Both the position numbers and the translations under genes were made by a program. The notes beneath the pieces are model-generated. The model saw nothing but the letters and a program-made list of their open reading frames with translations. It was not told where the DNA came from and made no database searches. 64,000 bases of DNA from contig JAQZBG010000001.1 in assembly GCA_029239165.1 (NCBI GenBank), positions 23,539 to 87,538 of the forward strand. The letters run 5' to 3'. Source of the DNA: Microbacterium sp. (GTDB lineage: Bacteria; Actinomycetota; Actinomycetes; Actinomycetales; Microbacteriaceae). Positions 62,204 through 64,000 of the stretch are shown here, piece after piece (position 1 is the stretch's first letter; each line of letters starts with the position of its first letter).

Positions 62204-64000
62204 ATGACACAAGTGCCACTTCCGGGCGAACAGAGCGCACTGCGCGGGTACCGCTGGCAGTACGACCACGCGTCGCGGTTGGTGTACGACGCGATTGTCG
62301 ATGGCGATTTCGACCGGCTGGTGCTGGCTTCGACCGATGCAGGGCAACTCGACGATCTACTCCTGTTCCTGAGGGGTCGGCGAGCGGCGTATCAGTTCAA
62401 GGGCGGCGTGAGCCGGGCGACGATTTCGTTGAGCGAGCTTGTCCGCTCCGGCAAGACCCCTGCGGGGCACCCGACTGACTCCCTCTGGCGGGCGCTTGCC
62501 ACCGCCTGGCTGCGGCTTTCACCCGGCGATGACCGACCGTTGACCGTGCATCTGTCTATGGCCGCCACATACTCCACAGCGGACCATTCGACGGAAGGAC
62601 CAAACCGCCCCTCCCCCGACCACTTCCGAGCTTTTGCGGCGAGGGCCCTCGAGCCGCTCATGGCGGGCACCAAGACGTTTGACGACCTCCCGGAGTGGAG
62701 CGTTCCGCTTCAACGACTGCTTGACGCATCCCGATTGTCGAAGGACGAGTTCACGCGGTTCCTTCCGTCAGTTCGCCTCGAGTTGGGACTGAGCGAAGCC
62801 CTAGACGGTGCTGATGGAAGCCGAAGCGACGATCTGCGCAGCCTTTCTGATGCTTTACTCCGGGAAGTGAGCCATGCAAGCGGACCTGTTGAGCTGACCA
62901 GAGATGAGGTACTTGCCCTAGTCAATTGGAGCAACCGAACGTCGTTCCGCAGCGTCCACGAGTTCCCTGTCAACGGTGCTACATACTCTCCGTTGACCGG
63001 CGCGGTCGCGCTGCTGCACCGGGAGCTCGACAATGCCGTCTCTGGCTACCTTGCCGTTACCGGTGCGCCGGGCGCCGGTAAGTCAACTCTCCTCTCCCAG
63101 TCACTCTCGGGACTCACTGATCGAGTCGTGCGCTACTACGCGTTCGTCCCGGGAGGCGGCGGGAACGCTAGGAATAGGCTCTCCGCTGAGTGGTTCCTTC
63201 ACGACCTCAGCACGATGCTCCGTGACTCAGGGCTCCACACCGCACAGAAGAGGTTGACTTCGCGGACCGTCCACGACCTTCGACAGTCAATTCACGAGCA
63301 ATTCGATGCCGCGTCCGAGGACTATTTGGCGAACGGGCGCCGAACGATCGTCGTAGTGGATGGCCTGGACCACGTGCATCGCGATTACTCCGGAAATGAT
63401 GCGCTCACGGCCGAGCTGCCCAGTCCGGCCGAGCTGCCTCCTGGGCTGATCTTCATCGTAGGGACGCGGGACTTGAGCCCCTTACGGAGCGAGGCCAGAC
63501 AGTACATCGAGGATGCCGGGACCGAGGTGAACCTCGAGAAACAGCGGCTTCAGAAAAGCGCGGTCGTCCAGGTCTGCGAGAGGTTTGAAGCGACGCGAAC
63601 TTTGCCGCGGTCTGTCCATGAACTCATAGCGAATCGCAGTGCCGGCCATCCGCTTGCGCTCGTCTATCTTCTCGCCCGCGTCGGTGACTACGTGGGGGAT
63701 GACCCTGTCGGTTTCGTCGCATCCGTGCCGCAGTATGACGGCGACATCGCCATGCTCTATCGCGCGGCCTGGGACGCCTTGGACGCCGACGGAGAGCTCG
63801 AACGCGTGCTTAGGATCTGCAGCCGATTGCGGACTGGTTTTGACCTCGACTGGATGCGCACGTGGACAACTGATTCGACCACCAGGCTATTTAGAACTCA
63901 GCTTCGATACTTGTTCCGGATAGAACGGGGCCGGTGGCGGTTCTTTCACGATTCATTCCGGCAGTTTGCTCGCGAACGGACATCGATCGGCGATGATCGG
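62204..64000 (+). CDS. Avs-like nuclease-STAND NTPase (Cap4-like PD-(D/E)xK nuclease + STAND), partial; runs off window end
   Basis: Not in ORF track. Manual translation open from ATG 62204 to 64000: [10 protein letters not shown]...LDDLL...YQFK; GAPGAGKST (63062-63088); [10 protein letters not shown]; GHPLAL; FFHDSFRQF. Confidence 0.8.
   Translation, partial: MTQVPLPGEQSALRGYRWQYDHASRLVYDAIVDGDFDRLVLASTDAGQLDDLLLFLRGRRAAYQFKGGVSRATISLSELVRSGKTPAGHPTDSLWRALATAWLRLSPGDDRPLTVHLSMAATYSTADHSTEGPNRPSPDHFRAFAARALEPLMAGTKTFDDLPEWSVPLQRLLDASRLSKDEFTRFLPSVRLELGLSEALDGADGSRSDDLRSLSDALLREVSHASGPVELTRDEVLALVNWSNRTSFRSVHEFPVNGATYSPLTGAVALLHRELDNAVSGYLAVTGAPGAGKSTLLSQSLSGLTDRVVRYYAFVPGGGGNARNRLSAEWFLHDLSTMLRDSGLHTAQKRLTSRTVHDLRQSIHEQFDAASEDYLANGRRTIVVVDGLDHVHRDYSGNDALTAELPSPAELPPGLIFIVGTRDLSPLRSEARQYIEDAGTEVNLEKQRLQKSAVVQVCERFEATRTLPRSVHELIANRSAGHPLALVYLLARVGDYVGDDPVGFVASVPQYDGDIAMLYRAAWDALDADGELERVLRICSRLRTGFDLDWMRTWTTDSTTRLFRTQLRYLFRIERGRWRFFHDSFRQFARERTSIGDDR

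Larger units (their letters stand above)
42839..64000. mobile_element. Conjugative element (ICE or plasmid-derived), partial; boundaries not visible
   Basis: Co-oriented T4SS operon 43482-54211, MobF relaxase and defence-like cargo; no integrase or att site seen. Confidence 0.8.

Noticed and set aside
60179-62347. infB gene or pseudogene; also the 722-aa version of the ORF
   Set aside because: Only about 50 aa resemble IF2 and there are no GTPase motifs. The 120-aa extension overlaps the divergent Avs-like gene, and a good RBS precedes ATG 61987

Overview
High-GC actinobacterial DNA; gene content suggests Microbacteriaceae, but this is inferred, not shown. Four blocks. (1) 1-11.1 kb: partial flavin-dependent monooxygenase, MarR regulator, osmoprotectant ABC transporter, and a TetR-controlled Opp/Dpp-family ABC transporter with an esterase. 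(2) 11.3-25 kb: PaaX-associated salicyl alcohol -> salicylate -> salicylyl-CoA -> gentisate -> maleylpyruvate cluster (sdg-like). (3) 25-42.7 kb: two LysR-associated clusters. One has a cyclohexanone-type Baeyer-Villiger monooxygenase, an acetoin-reductase-like SDR and dicarboxylate beta-oxidation genes; the other is an orphan muconate-lactonizing-enzyme operon. (4) 42.8-64 kb: conjugative element (VirB4, VirD4, VirB6-like, M23 peptidase, SSB, MobF relaxase) followed by a defence-like island. The island holds an Avs-like nuclease-STAND NTPase that the ORF track missed. It also holds the best novelty candidate: a translationally coupled pair in which a STAND-type ATPase with an N-terminal translation-initiation-factor IF2-N-like domain is followed by a degenerate-ATPase/HEPN RNase protein. 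No rRNA, tRNA, CRISPR array, IS or integrase was recognised. All family assignments come from reading motifs by eye; no searches were run.
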